DNA from: Setoptus koraiensis
Taxonomy: Eukaryota; Animalia; Arthropoda
Assembly (NCBI GenBank): GCA_048013815.1
Contig: CM106585.1
Span: forward strand, 22,072,001 to 22,136,000
Direction: 5' to 3'
Length of the DNA: 64,000 nt
Below the pieces are notes generated by a model. The model had not been told where the DNA came from. It saw only the letters and a program-made list of their open reading frames with translations, and did no database searches. The position numbers were made by a program, and so were the translations under genes. This document shows, piece by piece, positions 13,801-26,019 of the stretch. Position 1 is the first letter of the stretch. Each line of letters starts with the position of its first letter.

Positions 13801-16800
13801 TGCAATTGCATCGTCGGCAATTGCATCACTTTATAATCTATATAATGTCTGTATCATGAGAGCTGCAGCGGAAAAGAGAGACAGACAGGGAGAGAGAGGG
13901 AGAAGTCAAGAGACATTATAAGATAAGGTGCGTGTGAGAATTGGATCAGCGCAACTGTAAGCAGGCTCACTTAATCGAGTCTATAGTTGTTTATAGTTGT
14001 TTATAGTTGTGTGTAGCGGGTTACCCGTACGGTTACGAGGCGAACGTGACCCTATTAGGCAATGCGCTATTTGAGACCTATAGATTATTTTTTGATATGT
14101 GTGTGCTTCTGACTGGCTGCTGCTCACTCCTCCGTCGGTTCACTTTGGGGCTCCTTTGTCAATTCGCTCCGAGGCTCCTCGGTGCGTTTGCGGAGTCGCT
14201 GCATGTCAGAGTGGCTGGCCCATGTCACAGTCGCTGCTGCGTGTCACAGTATCAGCTGGTGTGGATGGCAGACATTGTACAAATGGTTGGGCCCATTGGT
14301 TTGGTGCGAGCAGACCGATGGGGCCAGTCGAGAACAGAATTTATTGTCGACACACGAGAATTTATGGGTGGTTTATCCAATTGAGCGCGTATCAGAGGCC
14401 AATCGGCATTGATCAATTCCAGTTGAACAGTGATTATACATAATACATTGCACACATAACAGCCACTATTGCTGCTCTCCGTAATATCGTGTGCTCATCT
14501 TATCCGCAACCACAAGCGACCACACGGAGGTGCTGATATCGTTATTAACGGAGCGACGACATAGCGACATGTTATGTCATGTCAGAGTGAGTATGTGTCA
14601 GCCAACACAATACGGCGCCCTCTCGTCTACTCCCTCCAGCCTCCATTGCCTCCAGAAGTGTGTGTGTGTGTGTGTCAGTAAAAAACTAACAACCTATTAT
14701 ATAAACTGGCTAGAATATCATGATAATGCTAAACTGAGTGAGCGCTATGTTGATCGCTCTTATTTTCTTGTATTAGCGCTATCGAATAGCCGACTTTGAG
14801 CCTATGCTCGCAACGACGGCAACAACAACAACATCTAGCCGCTTTGTATATAGCACAACAACTATGTGCTGTCTGGTATACGAAGCAAGCAGTTCAACAA
14901 CACGATTACACTAGTCACATTATACGTGATTCAATATCAAAGTCGTCAGTTTTGTTTGTTTAAGGAATTAGTATTAGAATATAGCCAGTTGAGCAGCTAT
15001 AGCAGCTTTTTGGCAAATCTCTCTACCAAACGGCAATGCCGCCTATCCCCACAATCACGACCACAACCACAACTACAACCACACAACAACTGCAACTACT
15101 ACCGCCACTACCACTACTACTAGTGCCATTACTTCTACCACGTCTATGCCTATACCGCTCATTCGCTTATAATGCTCATTTCAAGACATGAGAAACCCAG
15201 ACGACGACAACAGCAACAACAACTCATCTACTGAACATTGTCGATCGTTGGATGCGACTAGCGGCTCGCCCCTGAGCAGCCCCAAACTTGCAAACTACTA
15301 AACCTGCCAACTGGCAAACTTGCAAACGCTTTCCATTCTTTTGTGTGCCTCTTCTTGCCCACCTATACAAATCTTATCGGACCACTGTGATGGGCTCTTT
15401 TAGTCACATTGTCTGTCTGTGTCTGTCATTGTCATTGGTAGCTTGCCGTCGATGATCTTATCTTAATTATGGTCACACTAATTGTAAATTAACTTAGATA
15501 ACATCGCTATAGTGCTATGTCGCTCGCCTGTCAGCAATTGTGATGCCGACAATCCTGATCTTGTCGAAACTGGTCGTCACAGGCTCAATATAACATGTGT
15601 GCAGGCAGCGGTCAAGCTCGTGGGTATAATTAATGTTGTATCTTGGCTCAGATTGATTTCATGCATGATGTGGCCCTGTCAGATGTATAATGTTGCCTAT
15701 TTGTCAGCGCCATTTGTCGACACCGCCATTGAGCCGTAATGTCAGTTCGACACACTTAGTATCTCAAAGGAAATCCTCAATTCTTTATCGCGCTTGTGGT
15801 CTGGCGTCTGGCCTATTGTGCTCTATCATGGGCTCTACTGACCATAGTGACCATGTTGATCACATTGACTGAACAGTGTGCGAAACAGGCCAGTATGAAT
15901 TATGCTCACAATAAGAATTCAAATTCAAAGAAATGCAAACTAACCATGAAGAGAGACAGAGAGCCGTAATATGCAAATTGAATTCTTGTGACCGACACAA
16001 GCCAAATGTCTGGCATGGGGGGGCATTGTAGTAGGTAGTGGGCTATTGGTTGCACTAGTTATATACAAATGCATTGAACACATGATTAAGTCAGACACAC
16101 AACAGTCCATCAAGTGGTGTAGATGATACACCGACAGTGTTGACACTCCATCAAATTCAAATCAAATTTGTTTGTTCAATTGGGCCATTTTTTCCATTAT
16201 CATTCTATTGTATATCGCTCAAAACGGACAATGCGGACAAATTTGTTGGAAAGTATAAATTAGAAGCAGCAGAGAGAAGAAAAAAATGCACCAATTCCTT
16301 CACCATTGTGCATGTGAGTGTGTGTGGGCATAATTCAATTATTTAAAAGTTGTTGATCAATAAGCATTTCATTTGAACACTTTTTTTCATGTCCATCCAA
16401 CAGACCGTCCACCATTGTGACAGTGAATCAATATAGAGCACTTGAACAAAATATGAAGAAGCTCAAGTATGCCATTGAAGAGCCAGGCTTCTTTATAATT
16501 CATTTACACCTTGAATGAATCAGTATGAACAAATCTCAATCAGATTTGCTTCATTTAACAACAAAGAGAATGCCCAATTCTAATACCTCCTTGATTGACG
16601 CATTCAATCGCATATAATCGCTTCATTCTTCCTACTTTTTTCTCTTCATCTTAGCCCATTCAAATTTGCTAGATCGGCCAACACCACAATCACCTTAGAC
16701 AGTAACGTCGTGCGACGTACTTCGTTACCATGCCTCTCAGATAATGACAGAACGACAAGAATTCCCTGATTCACATATCTCGCCGACTAAATCGTCAGTC

Positions 16801-17503
16801 CCTGTTCTTGCTCTCTTTGCGAGAGATTATCTCAGAGCATTCCTTATTTTGGAAAATAGCGCATCACAACTTCACTCATCAGATAGAATGACCAGTTGAC
16901 ACGAATGACCACAAGCCAGCGGACAGCGACAATCCACCATTGTGAAAGTAAATCAAGATAGCAAAAAATTTAAAACAAATATATCTTATTTTATTATTTC
17001 TTAATCTCTCAATACTATATTCTCAATTTTGTGATGTTCAAACATAATAGGTATTATTCTAAATATTCTTCCTATATCTTCTTTCTTCGCATAATTTATA
17101 TCAATTGATAGCATTTTCGACTCACGCAATTCTTTTGTCGTATGATTTAACTTGGTGCTTTGTAATTAATAGGTTAAGGTCACATTCACTAAGTTCGTTT
17201 CTCGGTATTATATCGACAATTTACGTACAAGTATTAGTAGTATTATTAATTATACAAGTAAATTGTCTGACGTAGACATAATTCACCTTATCACGATTCA
17301 TTTGAAGTATTATGATTTAAAAATCTGAGCTGACATTGACTACACTCTACTCTCTGGTCACACTTATGCGAAGAGCTAAAACATTTCATATTTTCACTTG
17401 TCTGTGGAAGTAGATTTTGTACTTGTTTTTAATCAGCAGTCTAATACAGCTGATTTGCGAAACGCCATCAATAGAACTTGAAATTTTGTCTCGAGCTTTG
17501 GTC

Positions 17504-20500
17504 TCATGATAAGAATCGCATAGTATGATACAACTGCAAGAGATTTTGCATATGTACTGGCAAGCAAGATTGTCGATCGTGCGTTTTGGGATCCAAGGCT
17601 AACCAAGATAGCGAATTGTAACCTTCAAGGACGTATCTCAATACATCTGTTGTCAAATGGGAATCAAGTCTGTGGTTTTTGCTTCTATTGGTTGAGCCTG
17701 AGTGAAGTAAGTCGTCGGAGTGTTGAACTGAAGGCAAGTGAATGAGAAGTGCAGATTTCAAAAATACTGGAAGAGTTTCACGTAACTGTGGGCTTCGAGC
17801 CCAAAACCAATTAGGAAGTGGTCCCATTTTAGCCGTCGATACATAATATCCCAAAGCTAGAGGTTGTTGCAGCAATTGAAAAGATTCATCCTGACTGAAC
17901 TGTCCTCCCATATCTTGACCACCAAGATTACCTCCACTAGAGCCTGTCAAAATGTTTGAATTTCCGTTGCCCATGAGTGGATCATTGTTGGTCAAATTGT
18001 CAACAACGATGGGATTAGTGTTTCCCCAAAGAAGATCGTCTGCAGAGAACAGATCATCTGTATCTAGTCCATCTATGCCATCTCCAATCGGAAAGTCTAA
18101 ATCTTCTTCATCTAGACCAGCACTGCCTTGATCCTCCAGATTATTTTGAGCGGATTGCATAGATGCTGAAGTAGGAAACACTAGGATATGAGTGGCTGAG
18201 GTGTCCTCAGGCGTACTCAGAGGGCATTTGTTGAATGACGCTAACCTGTCATCATTAGTGAATTGATCTGGCATAACACGCATTTGAGAGTCGGGTTCCA
18301 GAGATACTAAACAGGCAGACAAAATTGAGATTGTCTCTGATGTTGGCATGATCATACATTGGTTACACATCTTTGTCAAACGACGACTATATTCTTGTAA
18401 AGAACGCTTACTCAATAAACTACCCCAATCCTTTAGCTCTCCGTGTCCAAGTCTTCCTAGGCGTCCAATCACTAACCTCCAAGGATTAAACCATTCGGAC
18501 ATAACAGAGACAATGAACTCCATCAGCTTGCAAAGTGCGAATCTTCGTACAGAAGCAGTACGTCTCTTCGAGCGTTGCAATAGGTTGATATTGATGACGG
18601 TTGTCTCAGATATCTCTCCCTTATCATTTGTACACGATGCAACCAACCATTTTTGATCCTCTGTTACACAATAGGAACAATAGAGCACTGATGACTTCTC
18701 ACGACGATCGCCAAACATTTCACTTAGCTCTGTCTGTTTATCTTTCATAGGTGCAAGTATGAAAGGAGGTGTATACATTTTAGTGGTGCAAAGCTGTGGA
18801 TTTTTCTTCTTGAAGAATGAATCTAAGGCTGCAGCTGGTCCAAAACCTGTCAAAGACTTCGCAGTGGATTGATTGGTGAGTACTTTACGACTTTGGGAGA
18901 ACACATTTAGTGCCAATGATTTCAATTGATCCACTCGTGAACTATTATCAACGGGCCTCGAGTGATTTAATACTGAGTCTAATGATATTAACTGAAGCTG
19001 GGTTATCTGCCGCAGATTCTCAGGGAGTAATTGTAACATCTGCGAGAAACATCTCATTAATCCCACTGTAGCAAGAGTGCGCCTGTTTTGATCTGTTGAT
19101 GGCAGAGAAAATGGATCAACAATGTAAACGACAATACTGACTTGGCGACTAGAGTCTTCGTCATTGCCTGCATCATCGTTAGGTCCTGAGGTACCATGAG
19201 GATTTATTAATGTGTGAGATCGTGGATTGTTGTGACTCGGATCGTTAGGGTTGTAGTCAGTTTTTGTAGGTTCTTGGTTGGTCATGTGATTTGATGGTGG
19301 CGCCACACTAGAAGATTGGAAAGGTTTGTTCGTTTGTTGTTGAGCGTTTTCACTAAGATTTGTAGAATTAAATCTTGACGCATGAGGATCGTATTGAGAC
19401 ATCTTTTCGGCGAAATTTTCGGTTATTATTTTCGCTAAGAGGAGTCGACAGGCTAATGAGTACTGCCTTAGTTTTGTCAAAACTTCAGCGTTCTTTTCAT
19501 CTTCACAAGAGGAGTCAAAAGTTTCAAACCATTCATCTTGCTTTTCGTTGCTCAACTTGTCCACAGTGCTTTTACCCACTCTCAAAACACCGTCGTTGAT
19601 AATATGAGTGATTGGGTTATGTTTCCCTAGTTTCAACAGTTCGTAAGTATTGCTTAGTTCTTTGAATAAATACTTTGTGTGGCTGAGTATGTAGGGGTTC
19701 TCAGGAGCAACTACAACGTATGAAATATTAGGAGCAGGAGCATACGGTTCCAACAGAAGTTTTTCCCAAAACTTTAGTGCAAACGGCGATATTGCGACTA
19801 AATTCCTTTCAACGTGATGTCCAATCAATAAAGAGGGAATAGGTTGGGGCTCGCATTGATCTTCAGTGCCTCTTCCAGCGAACCTATGAAATTGCCTCCA
19901 TGTAAGTGGACCTTGACAAGGAGGTGTTGGTGGAGGTACATCCCTAGTAGAATAGTGATTTTGCTGCTGCGGGTGCAGAAATTCATTGTATTTCTTGTTA
20001 TGGCTACCAATAGACTCGTCTAATAATGGTTGGATGAGACGAAGTAAATTAGCTGTGTTGAAGTTGTTTTCTGGTATGGGAGCATACCTGTATTGCCATT
20101 CATGGAGAGGTGATGAAAATATCTGCAGTGCTTTGCTGATAGCAGGTAAGTGATCTTTACACTTTTGTTGCTTGAACTGATTCATCAGTTGAATAGCTCC
20201 TTTAGGGTCGACGGATAGACTAGGGGCTAAAAGGGCTTGCAAACCAAGGAACAAAAGATTATTTCGGTTGGGAAGTTTCTGGTCAGCCGTCAAGCCATTG
20301 GATGCACGTTGGTCACAAAGAGTTCTCAGGGCAACGAAATTGCTAGGGCTGGATCCTGGGGCTTGCTGATTGAGAAGGACAGTGATTATGCTCTTGGTCA
20401 ATTCACAATAATCACTAAACATCAAAGAGAGGGGGTTTCTGTCAGTGACTCTAGTCAAAAACAGATTGTTTTTATGGCCAGTAACAGAAGAAGGTATCAA

Positions 20501-23500
20501 TGATGTGGATTTCTTTGCGTAATAGTTTTGGCAACCTAATGGTAATTTGTTGTTCCTAAAGTACTCGATCAAAAGTATTCTATTAAGTGATGAACTTGAG
20601 TGGAAAGCCGTGGAACAATGCTGCCGGATCTGGTCAATAACGAAAAGTTTTGTAGCGGTAAGGGTATCTGAAAATTGTTGAGGACTAGATGTTGCAAGTT
20701 CGTCGTGCTTGATATTATTTTTCGCTTGCGATGTTGGCCTATCATTCTCTTCGGAGATTGGTTCTACTTTCTCAGCGTTCGAGAGAGAATCTTGTGGGGT
20801 CTTAGGAGTCTTTTCCTTCTTTTCGGGATAGGTAGAGAGACGAGTATGCCTGAATGCTTTTGATGATTCTAGGCCATCACATGGTTCATATAAAATACCA
20901 GTCAGCTCTAGCTCATCCTCGTAAAATAGTCCTGTCAAATGACTAAAGTGACGGTTTATTGTGGCGCTAAATCCGCAGGTGCAGTCGTTTGTATTTTCTT
21001 CAACTTGAGTAGTGCTGGATTCGACTTGCGGTTGTGGTTGAAAGTTGAAAGATTTAATGTTGGAAATATTTGGTATCGCGTCGGAGGAGGTACCCCTTAC
21101 TGTCATGTTGCAAACACATATTGTGCAACTTTCAAAATTGTGATCTCTGAACATATTGAGTACTGTGTCGGATAGTATGAGATTCAAATGAATTGAACTG
21201 ATTTCGCTCAAATTATTGAAGAGCCTCTGATGAGGTAAGGTTAAAGGCATGACGGTTGAAGTGCACATAGTTGTGGGGACGTCCGGACTGTCGAGAGATG
21301 GTTTGTTTGTGGCAACATTAGTACTAGCTCCAGACGATATCGGGCGAGCTGCAGGTGAACCCACAGACCCTGTAGTTATGTTAGAATTGAGTAAAGGTCT
21401 AGTCATACGATTTCTATCTAACGACGTAAGATTAGCCTGACCAGATGAGACAAATGACGCTATTCCTGGGGATCTTATGGGGGTCTGACCACCTAAAACA
21501 GATCGAGGATTACCGGAGGCGGGTGAGTTGGCAATAAAACTGGACGCGCTAGGTGAGGCAGCATCGGCTTGTGATGGTATATTTCTGAAGACAGTGTTTG
21601 GTTCAATGTGCAAATAACCAGTAGGTTTTATCACCGATTTGCTATCCTTTTTCGTACTAACGCTGTTGCTAGTCGTCGTTTCATTGGTGGCGAACTTGGT
21701 GAGCTTCGCGTGAAGACTTCCATTCTTGTTTGTTTGGTCCATCAATGGCAATTGTAGTTGTGCTTTACTATTTGAGTTACTAGATCCAAGCCAGCCTTTC
21801 GTACCGGAGGAGCTCCTGTATACACATTCTGGTGGCAATTGTTTTGTCGGAGACGATGGCATATTTGGCAGTGGCGCCCATTTAATTGTAGGCACAACAT
21901 AAGATAACACTTCAGGTTTGTATACGTAACCGCTGTTATCTTTGGAAGACTCTAGTTGACTTAAATTCACGGGACTCAACACGGATTTAGGATCCCTGAT
22001 ACCAATCTCTTCAATTAATGTAGCAGGCGATTGTGCTATTTGCTCCAAAGAAGGTGGTGTAGGGAATAACCTTACGAGATCTGTCACTCCTAGACTGATG
22101 CTATTTGCACCGGTCGAGGAGCTTGTGGGTTTTAATCCAAACCGCGAAAGTGCAATGCCGGGTGCATTTATAACATTATTGTCCATATCAATAAATCCAT
22201 TTTGATCTGTGTCAGGTTTATCTGTTGGTTGTTTAGTCTGATTATACGAAACTGATGACCCAGTCTTCGTATTTTCAATCGAATTAGTCTGTTTGATCGA
22301 ATCAATCTCCGATTTAATTTTAGGGGTATCAATCTTGTGTTCCTCTTTAATTGGTGATTTGAGAGCAGTGGAAGTTTGGAAATTCTTATTTGTTATAAGT
22401 TCATTTTTGATAGTTGATTGCAATTTCATGTCAGGCTTGGAATTCGGATCATTATGGCTTCGTTTACTTGACAATTCACTGCAGTTATCACCGGTTGATT
22501 GGAGAGGGTAATCACACTTTTGTCCTATGAACACACATTCGGATGGATAACGCATTCTCACTCCAGCTACAAGTACCTCCACGACTGGTGGAACTTCATC
22601 TACGTCATGATTTAAATAAAAGCCTGATTGGTGACTGTTGGAGCCACTAAGAATGGGAAGACCGGGATAAAAGGAAGGTGGTCCAGAATGAGGGTCACCG
22701 GACAAAAATGGATTGCTTGGATGTATATTATTCATTGGCGTAGGTATTGCACCGGTCTTTGGGGTGGTTTTAACTAATCTTGATAAAGTATGAGGTAGAG
22801 GATAAAATCTAGACCACTGCTGAACAAACATCGTAGTTGGCGATCCATTGTCACTATCCTTATGACTAATTCCATTTAGAATTCCATTCAATCCATAGGG
22901 GCTCAATATTACACGAACAATTGCACCATCTTGTGCTGCTTGTAAGTCAGCTTTAGTTAAAGGGTATATTAGAGGATGTTGTCTGACATCAACACTGGCA
23001 CAAATGGTACTGTCTCCATGAATGAAGAAACTGAAGGCAAAGGATAGGCTGGACTTGGAACCGTCTACAGCTGATGTAAAACAGCTACTGGAGGACCTTA
23101 TGCTATTATGTCTCAATCCTTCTGACTTATCTGTGTAATTATTTGATACAAAAATGTTGATAATCCTGCTTAAGGTGCTTGTAACAGACGTAGATTTCCT
23201 ACTATCAATGGGAGTACGATCATTTTTAGAGCGTTTGTGATTATCAGGCTGATCTTGGTGTTGTTTTTCTTGTTCAATTAATGTGGCATTATCCGATGAT
23301 GGTTGAACAAACCACCTACCCACTCTGGTGAATCCTTTTGATAAAAAACAACGCTCAATAGAATTGTGTAGGGCCTTAAATAATAATGTCCTACATTCGT
23401 ATGAAAGCCCCAAATCCCAAGAACCATCTTCAACTTCGATCAAATCATCACCAATAATACCTTCTAGCTTAAATTGATTGCTATAACCAAATATCCATAA

Positions 23501-23830
23501 TTCATAATTTGTTTGCTGTTGTCTATTGTTGACAGCTGGTGGGGGTGGCGGGGGTAAATTTGAGCTGTTGTGATTTTGGTCTTGTTGATCGTGATTGTTA
23601 TTGGTCTGGTGCCTAAGTTGAAATTTTTGAGGCTCCTGACGCCACACGCACAATAGATCCGCGGATAAACATTTAGCATAGCTTATGGTGGCCGGGTGAG
23701 TATCGATAGGATTATATAAATAGTTTTCTTTAGCTTTGAAACGTTTCCATCTGATTCCATTAAGATCAATCAAGGAGAATATGTTTGTGTGACAATCTTC
23801 AAGACTGGCACCATTTGTAGATGATGACAT
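17504..23830 (-). CDS. MED13: Mediator of RNA polymerase II transcription subunit 13 (kohtalo/skuld), single exon, 2108 aa
   Basis: N-terminal SLEDCHTNIFSLIDLNGIRWK, SYECRTLLFKALHNSIERC, central FRDHNFESCTICVCNM, GPLTWRQFHRFAGRG, PFALKFWEKLLLEPY, and C-terminal LQQPLALGYYVSTA and DVLRYVLEGYNSLSWL...RQSCLPVHMQ are Med13 family motifs. Confidence 0.96.
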   Translation of the reverse strand: MSSSTNGASLEDCHTNIFSLIDLNGIRWKRFKAKENYLYNPIDTHPATISYAKCLSADLLCVWRQEPQKFQLRHQTNNNHDQQDQNHNSSNLPPPPPPAVNNRQQQTNYELWIFGYSNQFKLEGIIGDDLIEVEDGSWDLGLSYECRTLLFKALHNSIERCFLSKGFTRVGRWFVQPSSDNATLIEQEKQHQDQPDNHKRSKNDRTPIDSRKSTSVTSTLSRIINIFVSNNYTDKSEGLRHNSIRSSSSCFTSAVDGSKSSLSFAFSFFIHGDSTICASVDVRQHPLIYPLTKADLQAAQDGAIVRVILSPYGLNGILNGISHKDSDNGSPTTMFVQQWSRFYPLPHTLSRLVKTTPKTGAIPTPMNNIHPSNPFLSGDPHSGPPSFYPGLPILSGSNSHQSGFYLNHDVDEVPPVVEVLVAGVRMRYPSECVFIGQKCDYPLQSTGDNCSELSSKRSHNDPNSKPDMKLQSTIKNELITNKNFQTSTALKSPIKEEHKIDTPKIKSEIDSIKQTNSIENTKTGSSVSYNQTKQPTDKPDTDQNGFIDMDNNVINAPGIALSRFGLKPTSSSTGANSISLGVTDLVRLFPTPPSLEQIAQSPATLIEEIGIRDPKSVLSPVNLSQLESSKDNSGYVYKPEVLSYVVPTIKWAPLPNMPSSPTKQLPPECVYRSSSGTKGWLGSSNSNSKAQLQLPLMDQTNKNGSLHAKLTKFATNETTTSNSVSTKKDSKSVIKPTGYLHIEPNTVFRNIPSQADAASPSASSFIANSPASGNPRSVLGGQTPIRSPGIASFVSSGQANLTSLDRNRMTRPLLNSNITTGSVGSPAARPISSGASTNVATNKPSLDSPDVPTTMCTSTVMPLTLPHQRLFNNLSEISSIHLNLILSDTVLNMFRDHNFESCTICVCNMTVRGTSSDAIPNISNIKSFNFQPQPQVESSTTQVEENTNDCTCGFSATINRHFSHLTGLFYEDELELTGILYEPCDGLESSKAFRHTRLSTYPEKKEKTPKTPQDSLSNAEKVEPISEENDRPTSQAKNNIKHDELATSSPQQFSDTLTATKLFVIDQIRQHCSTAFHSSSSLNRILLIEYFRNNKLPLGCQNYYAKKSTSLIPSSVTGHKNNLFLTRVTDRNPLSLMFSDYCELTKSIITVLLNQQAPGSSPSNFVALRTLCDQRASNGLTADQKLPNRNNLLFLGLQALLAPSLSVDPKGAIQLMNQFKQQKCKDHLPAISKALQIFSSPLHEWQYRYAPIPENNFNTANLLRLIQPLLDESIGSHNKKYNEFLHPQQQNHYSTRDVPPPTPPCQGPLTWRQFHRFAGRGTEDQCEPQPIPSLLIGHHVERNLVAISPFALKFWEKLLLEPYAPAPNISYVVVAPENPYILSHTKYLFKELSNTYELLKLGKHNPITHIINDGVLRVGKSTVDKLSNEKQDEWFETFDSSCEDEKNAEVLTKLRQYSLACRLLLAKIITENFAEKMSQYDPHASRFNSTNLSENAQQQTNKPFQSSSVAPPSNHMTNQEPTKTDYNPNDPSHNNPRSHTLINPHGTSGPNDDAGNDEDSSRQVSIVVYIVDPFSLPSTDQNRRTLATVGLMRCFSQMLQLLPENLRQITQLQLISLDSVLNHSRPVDNSSRVDQLKSLALNVFSQSRKVLTNQSTAKSLTGFGPAAALDSFFKKKNPQLCTTKMYTPPFILAPMKDKQTELSEMFGDRREKSSVLYCSYCVTEDQKWLVASCTNDKGEISETTVININLLQRSKRRTASVRRFALCKLMEFIVSVMSEWFNPWRLVIGRLGRLGHGELKDWGSLLSKRSLQEYSRRLTKMCNQCMIMPTSETISILSACLVSLEPDSQMRVMPDQFTNDDRLASFNKCPLSTPEDTSATHILVFPTSASMQSAQNNLEDQGSAGLDEEDLDFPIGDGIDGLDTDDLFSADDLLWGNTNPIVVDNLTNNDPLMGNGNSNILTGSSGGNLGGQDMGGQFSQDESFQLLQQPLALGYYVSTAKMGPLPNWFWARSPQLRETLPVFLKSALLIHLPSVQHSDDLLHSGSTNRSKNHRLDSHLTTDVLRYVLEGYNSLSWLALDPKTHDRQSCLPVHMQNLLQLYHTMRFLS

Positions 23831-23919
23831 GATTATGGTGTCAGTATTCCAATGGTTGAATATTATTAATAATCATAGCAGCAGTAATTATGTTGTTTAT
23901 TAGAGTAGAAGTAGTGTAA

Positions 23920-24301
23920 TGATAAAGTAGTATTAATAATGATAATGATTATTAAATCGATATGATGATAGTATAATAATAATAGTAATAATAGTAATAA
24001 TAATAATAATAGTGATGATTGAGCCCCTTCCTCAAGCTTTTACTGATATAACAATAATAGCTCATGATAATATCGCTAGTCGGCGCTTGAATGTCAAAAA
24101 ATGTCTGCTTTTACTAGAATTCTGTGTGTCTGAGTCAGTGTGTGTGTGTCTGTGTACGTGTGTGTGTGTGTGAGTGTGTGTGTGTGTGTTTTGTGTGTGT
24201 GTGTAAATTTCAAAGACAGTTTGTGTGAGTTTGTGTGTGTGTGTGTGCGTTTGTGTGTGTGTCTGTGTGCGTGTGTGTGTCTGTGTGCGTGTGTGTGTCT
24301 G
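23920..24301. repeat. Compound (TAA/TAG)n and (TG)n simple repeats upstream of MED13
   Basis: AAT/AGT-rich run at about 23920-24020 and interrupted TG tract at 24121-24301, visible directly. Confidence 0.85.
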
Positions 24302-26011
24302 TGGAAGCAACAATCTTATCTTTTATATTGTTTGGTTGAGGATAGTTTAAAGCTACTACACCACTAGTTCTACCAGCACTACAGCTACCCTACCACCATA
24401 TTAAACATTACTACACAGCAACTGTGGAACCAGCCGTAAGTAGTGCTCTTGTTGCCCTCGCTTATTGCTGCTCATGTTGTTGTTGGCATCACATAGTTGT
24501 GGTGCAGTTCAATTCCCATTCAATTCAATCTAGGCCAAGTTCTATTAGGTAAGCAAGGTGTCCGAATGAGAGAGCGAGCGAGCGATAGTCAGAGACAGAG
24601 ACAGAGAAGAGGATCATTCCTCTCTGATTGGCGGTAATTGTGTGTATGAAGATGGCACAGTGTTAATGGTAATGGCAAAGGTAAATGGTAGTAGTGACAG
24701 AGAGATGATGATGATGATGGTGACCGAGATGATGATGATGTCTATCGACGGTGGCCCTTGTGCGTTATACTCTTGGCTCATTGGGCCGTCTGTGTTCACT
24801 GGCTCTCTGCTATATGACATCGAACAGAAACGAACCAATGGAAAACGAACGATAGAACGAACGAGCGAACGAACGAACGAACGAGAGAACGAACGAGCGA
24901 ACGTTCGATGCTAGTGAACTACGGTAGCTATCTGCCTACTTGACTATGATCCCGTCTGTCCAACTTTGCTACACTGTGCGTTTGTTTGTGTGTGCAATAA
25001 ACGACTTGTTTTTCGCTGCAGTCTGCAGACCGTGTGCGTCCATACATCTGTGTGTGTGTTTTCTACTCTTTTCATGTTTGTCTGTCTGTTTGTGTGTGTG
25101 AGTGTATGTATGTGTGCGTGTGTGTGTGTGTGTGCGTGTGTGTGTGTGCATACATATGTATATATTGTATTGCGCCGACGACGAGTTGCAGAGAGAGATG
25201 ATTATGATGATGATGTTCGCCAGTATTCGTTGGCTACCACCGCTCTATCACCGCTGCATACACCTATAGAATCTATAGTATAGAATAATGTGTGCTGCAT
25301 GCAATAATCTGGTAGTGTAAAGTAAACGGCATAAGCCGATCCTAATCTTTTGCATTCTATTTCTCATCATCTTCTCAAAAATCAAATCAACAATATGTGT
25401 GAATGAGCGCGTCCGAGAACAATAATAACGATAATATATGATTGCAACCATGAGACACGTAGCTGTTTATACAACTCGCTCTTTATACAAATCGGGCCAG
25501 CTCGCATTACTATTCATGTAAAGGTGCTCAAAGCGTCGTCGTCTTCGTCTCCTAATCAATCGTGTCAGTCCACAGTGCAAGCATTTCATCACGCTTTGTG
25601 AAGCAGTAAGATTGTGCACAGCTCGTAAGTAGAGCAACAAAAGTTGGCTTTGTGACTAACAGTTGCCGTTCGCCATTATAACTGTTAAGAATGGCGTCAA
25701 TTTGGGGCGCAATTAGAGACTTTGGCACGAAAAGTAAACTTGCGCCGCACAGTGGACACACACACAATTCCGTAGCAAATCATCATTTGCAATCACAGTG
25801 TTCACTTCTTCACAGTGCGAGTGACTGCACTCACACAATATAAATGTACTGTAGCGTACCGTGTTGAAATGTCTGCCAATGTCTGCTTGGCTGTAGTTTG
25901 GAAAAAAGGCGCGAGGGGCGCCTGCATCAGCCTTAAAAGGCTTCGAAGAGCTTGAGGTGTCTCGATAAATGTTGTGTTTTTTCTTCTTTTTTTCTAGTTG
26001 ATTTGTTTTTC

Positions 26012-26019
26012 TATCGATA
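26012..26019. promoter_or_regulatory. DRE element TATCGATA in the divergent MED13/KCTD intergenic region
   Basis: Exact octamer about 750 nt upstream of the KCTD ATG. DREs mark arthropod housekeeping promoters. Confidence 0.3.

Noticed and set aside
14007-14455. Cluster of four overlapping 67-125 aa ORFs
   Set aside because: A locally GC-richer patch is open in several frames at once, with no motif and a non-ATG start for the longest. More likely regulatory DNA or chance.
24062-25283. ORFs rich in THTH/CVCV/MMMM
   Set aside because: They are translations of TG/CA and GAT microsatellites.
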